Position numbers and translations under genes: made by a program
Assembly (NCBI GenBank): GCA_041598875.1
Contig: JBFHXP010000003.1
Location: forward strand, 1 to 60,320
Direction: 5' to 3'
Origin: Desulfobulbales bacterium
Lineage (GTDB): Bacteria; Desulfobacterota; Desulfobulbia; Desulfobulbales; BM004
DNA length: 60,320 nt
Shown: positions 16,815 to 25,194 of the stretch, in pieces
Layout: each line of letters opens with the position of its first letter
How positions within the stretch are numbered: the stretch's first letter is position 1
The notes under the pieces: model-generated
What the model was told of the DNA's origin: nothing
Databases searched by the model: none
The model's input: only the letters and a program-made list of their open reading frames with translations

Positions 16815-17954
16815 TCAGCCGGTGGTAAGGATTTTCTGGATAAGATGGGCGCAGCGGGTCATGGCCGAAAGGGTGATGGTCTCATCCACGGTGTGAACCT
16901 TTTCCATGCCCGTGCCGATAATCGCGCAATCCACCCCCTTGCTGGTAAAGATGTTGGCATCGCTGCCGCCGCCGGCAATGGTGAAATGCAGGCCGGGCTC
17001 GTCTTTTGCGGTGGCCTTGGCCACCCGTCTGATCACCGGGGCATTGATGTCAAGATGCATGGCCGGGTATTCGGAGGTTGTTGAAAAGGAAATCGAGGGG
17101 CTGCCGGCAACCTTGCCCCCGGAATCGGTCCAGTCGTCCACCACCTGATAGAATGTTTCCCGGATCTCTTCGGTAAAGGCGGCAAGTTTTTCAAGCGAAT
17201 GGCTCCGCACCTCCCCGTGGATCACCGCCCTGTCCGGGATTATGTTGGTGGCGCATCCGCCGGAAATAATCCCCACATTGGCAGTGCTTTCATGGTCCAG
17301 GCGGCCGAGGTGCAGTTCGGCCACTGCCCGGCTGGCGAGCTGGATGGCGTTGATCCCCTGTTCCGGGTTGAGACCGGCATGGGCTGAAATTCCAGTTATT
17401 TCCACGTGAAAACGATTGGCAGCAGGTGCGCCGATGATCACCCGGTTGGTATCGGTGGTGTCCAGGGCATAGCCCATCTTGGCCCGGAGCCGGCTGGGGT
17501 CAAAGGCCTTGGCCCCCCGAAGACCCACCTCTTCACAGGTGGTGAAGACGCACTCCACCGGGCCGTAGGGGGTTTTGCTTTCCATGAGATCCCGGAGGGC
17601 CTCGATAATCGCGGCAATGCCCGACTTGTCATCTGCGCCGAGGATGGTTTCCCCGGCACTGTAGAATGAATCGCCCTGGCGGAGAACCTTGACCCCGTTG
17701 CCCGGTTCCACGGTGTCCAGGTGGCAGTTGAAAAAGACCGGCTCAAGATCGAGACCGCCATCGGGAAACGCGATATGAAGGTTGCCGCACTCCGAACCGG
17801 TTATTTCGGAGGAATCATCCTCGGTTACCGTGGCCCCCATCGAGCTGAACAGTTTTGTAAGATATTCCGCAAGGTTTCCCTCTTTTTTTGAGGGGCTGTC
17901 GATCTCGCACAGGGTGGTGAAAGTATCCGCAAGTCGTTCGCTGTTGATTGACAT
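16815..17954 (-). CDS. M20 family metallopeptidase (PepT / tripeptidase-like)
   Basis: 379 aa. NCHLDTV, GADDKSGIAAI and TTCEEVGLRGA zinc-ligand motifs of the M20 family. Confidence 0.85.
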   Translation of the reverse strand: MSINSERLADTFTTLCEIDSPSKKEGNLAEYLTKLFSSMGATVTEDDSSEITGSECGNLHIAFPDGGLDLEPVFFNCHLDTVEPGNGVKVLRQGDSFYSAGETILGADDKSGIAAIIEALRDLMESKTPYGPVECVFTTCEEVGLRGAKAFDPSRLRAKMGYALDTTDTNRVIIGAPAANRFHVEITGISAHAGLNPEQGINAIQLASRAVAELHLGRLDHESTANVGIISGGCATNIIPDRAVIHGEVRSHSLEKLAAFTEEIRETFYQVVDDWTDSGGKVAGSPSISFSTTSEYPAMHLDINAPVIRRVAKATAKDEPGLHFTIAGGGSDANIFTSKGVDCAIIGTGMEKVHTVDETITLSAMTRCAHLIQKILTTG

Positions 17955-17971
17955 TATAATTACCTGATATT

Positions 17972-19072
17972 TTAGTATTTTTCGTACGCTCTTCCCTGGG
18001 AGGCGGCAACTTCCCTGTTGGTCAGTTTTCCGTTTATCACATTGATTCCCTGCCTCAGGGCCGGATTTTCCGCTGCTGCCTGGTGAATGCCCTTGCCGGC
18101 AATGTCCTGGGCAAAGGGCAGTGTCACGTTGGTGAGGGCAAAGGTAGAGGTTCTGGGCACCGCGCCGGGCATGTTGGTGACACAGTAATGGATAATCCCG
18201 TTTATTTCAAAGGTTGGTTCTGAGTGGGTGGTGGGCCGTGCGGTTTCCACGCACCCGCCCTGATCAATGGCCACATCAACAATGACCGCCCCCTTTTTCA
18301 TCAGGGACAGCATCTCCCGGGTCACCAGTTTCGGGGCGCTGCCGCCGGGAATGAGCACCGCGCCGATCAGGAGGTCGGCACGGGCGAGTTCCGCTTCAAT
18401 ATTATGCTGGTTGGACATAAGGGTGGTGATCCGGCCGGCAAAGATGTCTTCAAGATAGGCAAGGCGGTGCAGGTTGGTATCGAGCACGGTCACCGTGGCG
18501 CCGAGCGCGGTGGCTACCCGGGCCGCATTGCCGCCCACGGTTCCGCCGCCGATAATGGTTACATGGCCATGCTCGACCCCGGGCACGCCACCAAGAAGAA
18601 TGCCGCGGCTCCCCTTTTCCCGGGCAAGAAAATGGGCGCCCACCTGAATCGCCATCCGTCCCGCCACCTCACTCATGGGGGCAAGCAGGGGGAGATAGCC
18701 GTTTTCCAGGCGCACGGTCTCATAGCCGATGGCCGTGACCCCCTGGCGGATGAGAATATCGGTCAGCTCCGGCAGCGGCGCCAGGTGGAGATAGGTGAAA
18801 AGGATGAGATCCTTTTTAAGAAGCGGGTATTCAGGTTTAATCGGCTCCTTGACCTTGACCACCATTTCCGCCCGGCCATACACCTCTGCCGCGCTGGCAA
18901 CGATCTCCGCCCCGGCCCGCTGATAGTCGAGATCAGGTATGTCGCTGCCCAGCCCGGCTCCTCTTTCTATCAGCACCGTGTGCCCTGAAGCGCTCAGGGT
19001 CTTTACCCCGGCAGGGACCATGCCGACGCGAAATTCACGATCTTTTATTTCTCTGGGAATGCCAATGATCAC
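17972..19072 (-). CDS. ald: alanine dehydrogenase
   Basis: 366 aa. MIIGIPREIKDREFRV start and the NAD-binding GGGTVGGNAARVA. Confidence 0.95.
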   Translation of the reverse strand: MIIGIPREIKDREFRVGMVPAGVKTLSASGHTVLIERGAGLGSDIPDLDYQRAGAEIVASAAEVYGRAEMVVKVKEPIKPEYPLLKKDLILFTYLHLAPLPELTDILIRQGVTAIGYETVRLENGYLPLLAPMSEVAGRMAIQVGAHFLAREKGSRGILLGGVPGVEHGHVTIIGGGTVGGNAARVATALGATVTVLDTNLHRLAYLEDIFAGRITTLMSNQHNIEAELARADLLIGAVLIPGGSAPKLVTREMLSLMKKGAVIVDVAIDQGGCVETARPTTHSEPTFEINGIIHYCVTNMPGAVPRTSTFALTNVTLPFAQDIAGKGIHQAAAENPALRQGINVINGKLTNREVAASQGRAYEKY

Positions 19073-19178
19073 TTTTTTCCCCCGTTCTCTGATCTGGAAA
19101 AACCACGGTTGTTGCTTTGCCAGGAAGCCCTCTTAATATTGCAGGTGGAAAAATGAGTCAAGAGAGATTTTTTCTGTT

Positions 19179-19721
19179 TCACCGGGAGGAAACGCCACCG
19201 GAGACGATAAGCTTCATCACCTCGCCCGGGTCGGCTGTTATGGGAATTACCTGCTCCCGGTCAACAATAATGAGATTGCCGGCAAAATTATAGGACTGGG
19301 GGAGATAGACAGCCATGCTGTTCTGGATGCCAATCGAGTCAAGACTTTCCCGGGTCGCGAAGCCAATGACCCTGAGATTGCTTTCCCTGTCAATGATAAC
19401 CTGAACCGGTCGGTTAAAACTCTTCCTATCTCCGACAAAGGCGTTCACCAGGTCCTTGATGGCTGTATAGAGCATCTTAACCAGCGGCAGCCTGGCAAAG
19501 ATCTTGTCCACCAGGTGTACGATATTGCGGGTCAAAAAGTTCGAAGCGCCAAAACCAACCAGTGTGATAAAAATAATGGTGACGACAAAACCCAGCCCGG
19601 GAACGGAAAGACTGAGAACCCTGTCAATTCTGATAAAGACCCAGTAAATGACATAGAGTGTTACCACCAGAGGAACAAGGAAGAGAAGACCCTGCAAAAA
19701 GTACTGGCTGATTCTTTTCAT
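19179..19721 (-). CDS. DUF502-type membrane protein
   Basis: 180 aa. Two N-terminal TM helices, then a conserved soluble part (PLVKMLYTAIKDL...GFAT...VYLPQSYNF) typical of the DUF502 family. Confidence 0.7.
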   Translation of the reverse strand: MKRISQYFLQGLLFLVPLVVTLYVIYWVFIRIDRVLSLSVPGLGFVVTIIFITLVGFGASNFLTRNIVHLVDKIFARLPLVKMLYTAIKDLVNAFVGDRKSFNRPVQVIIDRESNLRVIGFATRESLDSIGIQNSMAVYLPQSYNFAGNLIIVDREQVIPITADPGEVMKLIVSGGVSSR

Positions 19722-19907
19722 AATGTGACCTCTTTTTTTTGCTGTTCACCAATTTCACATCCCAGGGAAATACCTGAAAATTCGGCCAAAAGGAGTGCGT
19801 CCTTTGTCGCGGTGATGGAAGATGTTCAAATCCCTGGGCTGGACTTGCGATTTCTTGGCACACTTTATATCATCAAAAGTGATGCGAATGTAAACATAAT
19901 TGAGAGG

Positions 19908-20102
19908 ATGGTCATGAGTGATACAATTCTGGTTTCCACGCGAGTTTCGACAGAAGTAGCCTGTCGGTTGGCTGCCTTGGCACAATCCACCTATCGTTCG
20001 AAATCGTTCTTAGCCGCGCAAGCCATAGAGGAATTTCTAAATCTTCAGGAATGGCATGTGGCGGCGATAAAGAAAGGGATAGCAGCAGCTGAAAGTGCGT
20101 AG
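19908..20102 (+). CDS. ribbon-helix-helix (CopG/ParD-like) antitoxin, apparently C-terminally truncated and orphaned
   Basis: 64 aa from ATG 19908 (SD GAGAGG); the ORF-track start at 19515 is too long. ILVSTRVSTEVACRLAALAQSTYRSKSFLAAQAIEEFL is an RHH fold. The stop TAG lies inside the REP-like sequence GTAGGCTGGGTTGAGCG, and no toxin gene follows. Confidence 0.6.
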   Translation: MVMSDTILVSTRVSTEVACRLAALAQSTYRSKSFLAAQAIEEFLNLQEWHVAAIKKGIAAAESA

Positions 20103-20133
20103 GCTGGGTTGAGCGTGCGAAACCCCGCAATAG
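20099..20133. repeat. REP-like palindromic unit (GTAGGCTGGGTTGAGCGTGCGAAACCCCGC)
   Basis: GGGTT...AACCC stem. The sequence type is the one commonly found next to REP-associated tyrosine transposase (RAYT) genes. Confidence 0.5.
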
Positions 20134-20180
20134 GATGGCAAAAGTGACCTTGGGCAGGAATATATACAATGCCATGAGTT

Positions 20181-20200
20181 GTAGGGTGGGCTATGCCCAC
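20181..20200. repeat. REP-like hairpin (GTAGGGTGGGC-TAT-GCCCAC)
   Basis: Perfect GTGGGC / GCCCAC stem immediately 3' of the RAYT remnant. Confidence 0.5.
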
Positions 20201-20210
20201 AGCATATTCC

Positions 20211-20360
20211 TTCTCGACCGATATTCTCATCAAACTCCATTGGCGCAGCGCCCCAATCATCCGGGTAAATCCCTCTTTTTACATATTGATGAAAGGTTGA
20301 ATGCGGCCAATTCCGTGGAGTCTTCACCAGACCGTGCTTCACCGGATTGAAAACAACCAC
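20211..20360 (-). pseudogene. C-terminal remnant of a REP-associated tyrosine transposase (RAYT, IS200-like Y1 family)
   Basis: NPVKHGLVKTPRNWPHSTFHQYVKRGIYPDDWG matches the conserved RAYT C-terminus. The catalytic N-terminal two thirds are absent, and upstream the frame runs straight into a MITE-like left-end hairpin. Confidence 0.7.
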
Positions 20361-20400
20361 GTGTAGCCGTTCGGAAAAAACAGACTTTCCGGACGGACAC
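20344..20400 (-). repeat. left-end fragment (hairpin plus linker) of the MITE-like family
   Basis: The reverse complement gtgtccgtccggaaagtctgttttttccgaacggctacacgtggttgttttcaatcc matches the first about 57 nt of the 26.6-kb copy. The remainder is replaced by the RAYT remnant. Confidence 0.65.
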
Positions 20401-20426
20401 TACCTAAGGGACGACACCTTTCCTCC

Positions 20427-20732
20427 CTATGCTGCATTAACATGGTAAATATGAACTTCTTTTTGTAAGCGATTCTTAAGTTTATCTTCTGCCATTTCTA
20501 AATCATAACGGCTTTGCAGGTTAAGCCAAAACTGCGCTGTCATGCTAAAGAATTTCCCAAGGCGAAGAGCTGTATCTGCTGTTATTGAACGTTTACCATG
20601 AACAATTTCATTGATGCGCCTTGCCGGCACACTTATATCTTTTGCTATGCGATACTGGCTTATACCCATCGGCTGCAAAAATTCTTCTAATAAAATTTGG
20701 CCGGGATGAATCGGGGGCATTTTTTTTGCCAT
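20427..20732 (-). CDS. higA: HigA family antitoxin (XRE-type HTH)
   Basis: 101 aa. PIHPGQILLEEFLQPMGISQYRIAKDISVPARRINEIVHGKRSITADTALRLGKFF is the canonical HigA/VapI sequence pattern. Confidence 0.9.
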   Translation of the reverse strand: MAKKMPPIHPGQILLEEFLQPMGISQYRIAKDISVPARRINEIVHGKRSITADTALRLGKFFSMTAQFWLNLQSRYDLEMAEDKLKNRLQKEVHIYHVNAA

Positions 20733-20743
20733 AACTTTATCTC

Positions 20744-20842
20744 CTAATGATAATCTACAATTTCAACGTGATATGCATCACCATCTTTCCAGACAAAACA
20801 AATTCTCCATTGGTCGTTTATGCGAATGCTATACTGACATCC
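20744..20842 (-). pseudogene. higB: C-terminal remnant of HigB (RelE-fold) toxin
   Basis: Own translation: GCQYSIRINDQWRICFVWKDGDAYHVEIVDYH-stop, 11 nt upstream of higA. An in-frame stop lies about 10 codons further upstream, so the N-terminal about 50 codons are missing. Confidence 0.7.
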
Positions 20843-21432
20843 TGCAAGAGGTGTATGACATGGCCAAGTGTTTTAAACGTTTCACCAAGGAAATATTCTC
20901 TGTAAACTTCAGTGGTTGCTATAAGAGAACTGTAATAATACCCCCTGGCCGTATCCCAGTCATAGCGAACATACTGCTCCCCATCATATGGGTCTTTGAC
21001 ACTGAAGGGAGACGAATCACTATAATCGAAAAATCCAGTGGCCCAGGTTATATTTGAGCGCCTGTCAATTTCGGGCCATCCTTTAACGCAAGCAAGATGT
21101 GGCCAGCGGCTATCTGTCAGTAATGATTGGGTCCAAACTTTAAGAGGATCATGAAAATGATTGGAAGCACGGCAGTCTGGGTCGTCTTCAAGTTCTGAGC
21201 CCTTTGCAATATAGTCAATAATTCTCATATTAGGCTTAAAAGAAAATACCGTATCAATGCCATCAGGCACATTGAGTCCTTCGGTAAGGCGTTGATTTGT
21301 TGAAGATATTTTTAGGGATGCGTTGGATAAGTCTTGGTGTGTGGATTCATCGTCGTAACATAATCCTTTTTGTATAGGCAGTACAGTTAGTAGTATTAAG
21401 AAGATATAGTTTAGTTTTTTCTTCATCTTCAT
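20818..21432 (-). CDS. exported zinc phospholipase C / S1-P1 nuclease-fold-like protein, probably 3'-truncated
   Basis: 204 aa with a signal peptide (MKMKKKLNYIFLILLTVLP), SNHFHDP and LGHVIHLLQDVS motifs. The protein stops just where the family normally continues (P-x-H), at the junction with the higB remnant. Low-GC DNA. Confidence 0.45.
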   Translation of the reverse strand: MKMKKKLNYIFLILLTVLPIQKGLCYDDESTHQDLSNASLKISSTNQRLTEGLNVPDGIDTVFSFKPNMRIIDYIAKGSELEDDPDCRASNHFHDPLKVWTQSLLTDSRWPHLACVKGWPEIDRRSNITWATGFFDYSDSSPFSVKDPYDGEQYVRYDWDTARGYYYSSLIATTEVYREYFLGETFKTLGHVIHLLQDVSIAFA

Positions 21433-22043
21433 CTAGCCTGTCTCCCGATTTTTTTTCCAATGCGCTCATTCATTCGTTTTGTTTTCTCACTGTTGTCGAA
21501 CAAGCTAATGAAATAATGTTTGTTCACTGAATTGCTTTGTCTGCGAATGGCACTGGAAACAAAAGAGTCATGCCGATCATAACTATATGAATCATCCCAC
21601 ATTTCCATCTCATACACATTCCCCTCTTTCCACTCAAAATCCTGCCTTTTCTTGGTTCCTGGAAAAATAAGAATATTATTCCAGGCGACATAGCCATGCT
21701 TGTAAATAGTTATGCGCGGTTTGTTCGTGATAGGATTAAAGGAGCCAAGGACAGTAAATCTGCCGTGTTTATCAGTAACCACCTCCACCACCTTCGAGGA
21801 TTTTGTTGTATCCATGCCTGGCAAACCGCCAGTCAGAGTCCACTCCACCAGCACTATGGCGCCCTCAATAGGCTCGCCTGTTTCCGCATCCACCACAGTG
21901 CCTGATTTGCGCACATTGGAAACTAAGATGAGCAGGAAAACGAGCACTACCACCGCAAGCCGGAAATACCATCTTTTCCACAACGGTTTGTTTTTACTTT
22001 GAGAATCTGTTGATGTCGGTTGGTTCATGTCTACATCCTTCAC
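21429..22043 (-). CDS. membrane-anchored protein with carboxypeptidase-regulatory-like (CarboxypepD_reg) domain
   Basis: 204 aa. TM anchor FRLAVVVLVFLLILV, then GTVVDAETGEPIEGAIVLVEW...TDKHGRFTV, typical of the small beta-sandwich domain. Low-GC DNA. Its stop overlaps the start of the next gene by 4 nt. Confidence 0.5.
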   Translation of the reverse strand: MKDVDMNQPTSTDSQSKNKPLWKRWYFRLAVVVLVFLLILVSNVRKSGTVVDAETGEPIEGAIVLVEWTLTGGLPGMDTTKSSKVVEVVTDKHGRFTVLGSFNPITNKPRITIYKHGYVAWNNILIFPGTKKRQDFEWKEGNVYEMEMWDDSYSYDRHDSFVSSAIRRQSNSVNKHYFISLFDNSEKTKRMNERIGKKIGRQAR

Positions 22044-22206
22044 CGTAAGGGTATAAGTTTCATGATGAGTCTCATCAGAGCGAGACTCAATTCAGCTTTA
22101 CATGTCCATTATTTTCCAGATACCGTTTTCATCTTTGACAAATGTCACGGGGTATGAGAAAGCGCCTCCAGCTTCTTCGCGTATGACACCGCAGTAGGCC
22201 AGATGA

Positions 22207-22554
22207 TTAGTAAATCCATTTAGCCCGACAGTGTTGACTGTGGATAACAGAAGGATAACCGTTCACAAAAACCCGGGTGCTGCTCACCACATTATCAACC
22301 CGGTCCTCACCAATGACTTCGCCGTTCAGGATATAAAGCCTTGCCGGACCGGGAGTTGCAGAAAAAGTCTCATTGAAAATAGTGGTCCCACCATTTTCCC
22401 GGACAAATTGCTGCGGCCCGAACAGGGCTTTGGCAAAGACGGGTGTTACAGTGAAAAGCGTACACAGGAGTCCCCATTCCCAATCTATCTTTCTGATATA
22501 TTGAGAAAATAATCCAAATGCCCTGTTTCTAGCCTGGCTGGCGCAGGGTGTCAA
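22207..22554 (-). CDS. hypothetical exported-protein fragment (likely decayed)
   Basis: 115-aa ORF. Immediately downstream, a different frame stays open for about 34 codons (HLAYCGVIREEAGGAFSYPVTFVKDENGIWKIMDM), suggesting a frameshifted or fragmentary gene. Confidence 0.3.
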   Translation of the reverse strand: MTPCASQARNRAFGLFSQYIRKIDWEWGLLCTLFTVTPVFAKALFGPQQFVRENGGTTIFNETFSATPGPARLYILNGEVIGEDRVDNVVSSTRVFVNGYPSVIHSQHCRAKWIY

Positions 22555-22766
22555 TGATAAAATAATACTGGCAAAGTACTGGTCAAAATTATTATTCGTG
22601 CTGTAATGCTCAGATATTACACAAAAAAATAATAGCAGGTTTTTTGTCGCTTTTTATTGGTTCATCCAACGGTACGGAATGATATCTATAATTCCCCCTT
22701 TCTCCTTGACATCGAGGTCGTATTCGTCATAATTTCAACCAATTTGACACAAGACAAGGAGAGAGG

Positions 22767-23954
22767 ATGGAATCCTTTCGCATTAAAATTATTGATAAGA
22801 TCGCCCCTGAAGGTCTGGCCCTGTTGGGAGACCGGTATGAGGTCGGGCCGGATATCCGTGATCCCCAGGGGATCATTGTCCGCAGTTCGCCCCTGGATAC
22901 CGACCTTTTCCCCGGCCTGCAGGCGGTTGCCCGTGCTGGTGCGGGGGTGAACAATATCACCGTTGACCGGGCCACTGACAGGGGAATCTGCGTATTCAAC
23001 ACCCCGGGAGCAAACGCCAACGCGGTGGCGGAACTGGTGTTTACCATGCTCGGGGTCTGGGTTCGCAATATCCACAAGGGGCTGGCCTTTTGCAGCCGGC
23101 AGTCGGGCTTGACCAGTGAAGAGCTGAACCGGGTTGTTGAGGCGGAGAAATCCCGGTTCAGAGGGGTTGAGCTGGCCGGCAAGACCTTAGGCGTTATCGG
23201 TCTCGGCAAGATCGGGGTCCTGGTTGCCAACGGCGGAATCCAGCGCCAGATGCGGGTGATCGGCTTTGATCCATTTCCTGCCCTCGAGAATATCCATGTC
23301 CTCTCGCCCGAGGTGACCCTGGCCCGCTCCCTGGGCGAGGTGATAAAGTGCGCTGATATTCTTTCCCTGCATCTTCCCCTGGGGAGTAAAACCCGGGGTT
23401 TTGTCAATCAGGAACTTCTCGGCCAGATGGTCCCGGGCGCCCTTCTTGTCAACTACGCCAGGGGTCCGGTGGTTGACGAGCCGGCGGTTCTGGCTGCCCT
23501 GGAAAAGGGGCGGCTGAGTGGATATATTACTGATTTTCCGACTGCCTCGAATATTAATCATCCCAAGATCCTGGTCTCGCCGCACCTGGGGGCAAGCACC
23601 GAGGAGTCGGAGGAGAATTGCGCCCTGCTCGCGGTCAAGGAGTTGAAGGGCTATCTGGAGTATGGCACGGTTGTTCGAAGTGTCAACTTTCCCACCACCG
23701 AATCAATTCCCTCGGGAAACTGTCATACCCGCTTTATCATGATCAACCGGGACATTCCCGGGATGATCGGCTTTGCCTCCCACGCCATTGGCGAAAGGGG
23801 CATCAATATTGCCAGTTATCTTAATGAAAGCAATGGGATAATCGGCTACAACATCATTGATCTGGAAGGGCCTGTTCCTCCGGATCTGGTCACGGAAATT
23901 GAAAGTCATCCCGGGGTGATCCGGACAAGGATAATTTCATGCAGGGAAAAATGA
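22767..23954 (+). CDS. serA: D-3-phosphoglycerate dehydrogenase with C-terminal ACT domain
   Basis: 395 aa. GKTLGVIGLGKIG NAD-binding motif, ARGPVVDE and SPHLGAST; the C-terminal about 70 aa is ACT-like. Confidence 0.9.
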   Translation: MESFRIKIIDKIAPEGLALLGDRYEVGPDIRDPQGIIVRSSPLDTDLFPGLQAVARAGAGVNNITVDRATDRGICVFNTPGANANAVAELVFTMLGVWVRNIHKGLAFCSRQSGLTSEELNRVVEAEKSRFRGVELAGKTLGVIGLGKIGVLVANGGIQRQMRVIGFDPFPALENIHVLSPEVTLARSLGEVIKCADILSLHLPLGSKTRGFVNQELLGQMVPGALLVNYARGPVVDEPAVLAALEKGRLSGYITDFPTASNINHPKILVSPHLGASTEESEENCALLAVKELKGYLEYGTVVRSVNFPTTESIPSGNCHTRFIMINRDIPGMIGFASHAIGERGINIASYLNESNGIIGYNIIDLEGPVPPDLVTEIESHPGVIRTRIISCREK

Positions 23955-24997
23955 GATCTTCAGGCAGTGCGGCACGGGTTTTTCTGGTATTCACAACCAT
24001 GGTGGTTTCTGCTTTTTTTGCTCCGGAAACAGCCTGTTCAAGGCAGGGAGATGATGGCTGGACCTTTCATCTCACCACGGAAAATGATGCCTTTGCCACC
24101 GGGGGAACCGATTATCAGTATACCTTTGGCACAAACCTCAGCTGGGTATCTCCCGGGCTGGATGATTATGGAGAAATCATGCCGGGATGGACCCTGCCGG
24201 CAATAGGGATTCTCCCCTTTGTCAACACCCCGGGCGAGACAAAAAACATCGCTTTTTCCCTGGGCCAGAAGATTTTTACCCCACCGGATATTTCCACCAC
24301 CGCCCTGCAGATTAATGATCGGCCCTATGCCGGGTGGCTTTATGTCGCCATGACCCTGCACAGCAAGAACGAAACTGTCCTTGACTCACTGGAACTGCAA
24401 CTGGGCACCACCGGGCCATGGGCCATGGGCGATAAGATGATGGCTGCCGGCCATAATATCTTTGATGCCAAGGATGCCAACGGCTGGCATCACCAGCTGG
24501 AAAACGAGCCGGGTCTGGAGTTTCTCTATCAACGGAAAGTCAGGCTTTTTGAGCTGGGAGGCTATACCGGTCCGGGGATAGATTGGATCGGCCACTATGG
24601 CGCGGCTCTGGGCAATGTCGAGGTCTCGGCCAACAGCGGTCTCACCTTTCGTCTGGGCTGGAACATACCCAGGGATTTCGGGACGAATCAGATGCGTATC
24701 GCCGGCGATAACGCCATTGCCATGGCCGGCGGTTCACCGGGGAGCGGTTCGGGTTTTCACCTCTTTGTCCGCGCCCAGGGTAGAGCAATTGCCTGGGATC
24801 TCTTTCTTGACGGCAATACCTTTGCCGAAAGCCACCGGGTAGACAAGCGTCATTTTGTCGGTGAGGCCTCGGCTGGAGCGATATTCGATAGTGCCGGGTT
24901 GAAGCTTTCCTATGAATTCATAGTGCAGACAAAGGAGTACATGAACCAGCCGAAACGCCATAAATTCGGAGTTATTTCAATTTCATATGCGTTTTAA
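23939..24997 (+). CDS. lpxR: LpxR-family lipid A deacylase-like outer-membrane protein
   Basis: 352 aa with a signal peptide. TTENDAFATGGTDYQYTFGTNLSW is the hallmark N-terminal motif of the LpxR family, and the terminal F is typical of beta-barrel proteins. Confidence 0.6.
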   Translation: MQGKMRSSGSAARVFLVFTTMVVSAFFAPETACSRQGDDGWTFHLTTENDAFATGGTDYQYTFGTNLSWVSPGLDDYGEIMPGWTLPAIGILPFVNTPGETKNIAFSLGQKIFTPPDISTTALQINDRPYAGWLYVAMTLHSKNETVLDSLELQLGTTGPWAMGDKMMAAGHNIFDAKDANGWHHQLENEPGLEFLYQRKVRLFELGGYTGPGIDWIGHYGAALGNVEVSANSGLTFRLGWNIPRDFGTNQMRIAGDNAIAMAGGSPGSGSGFHLFVRAQGRAIAWDLFLDGNTFAESHRVDKRHFVGEASAGAIFDSAGLKLSYEFIVQTKEYMNQPKRHKFGVISISYAF

Positions 24998-25194
24998 TGG
25001 GTTTGGGAAACAGCGAGGGGGGATTTTTTTTAGGCACCGAGGCAGAAGGCGCAAAGGGAAAGAGCAAATACTGCCCCAAATAAACGGATATTTGTTGTTT
25101 TCTGTCCAGGTGTATGCGGTTTTGTTTTAAAAATGGTGCCTGGAAGTGCGCGGTTTTTTGGGGGGGGCAGCAAAACAGATCCGCGGGCGTATAT

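Noticed and set aside
20037-20360. 107-aa ORF as an intact gene
   Set aside because: Only its first about 50 codons have RAYT C-terminal similarity. The rest is read-through into REP-like palindromes (translating as GICCGHSPPY... and so on), and the catalytic N-terminal part of a RAYT is missing.
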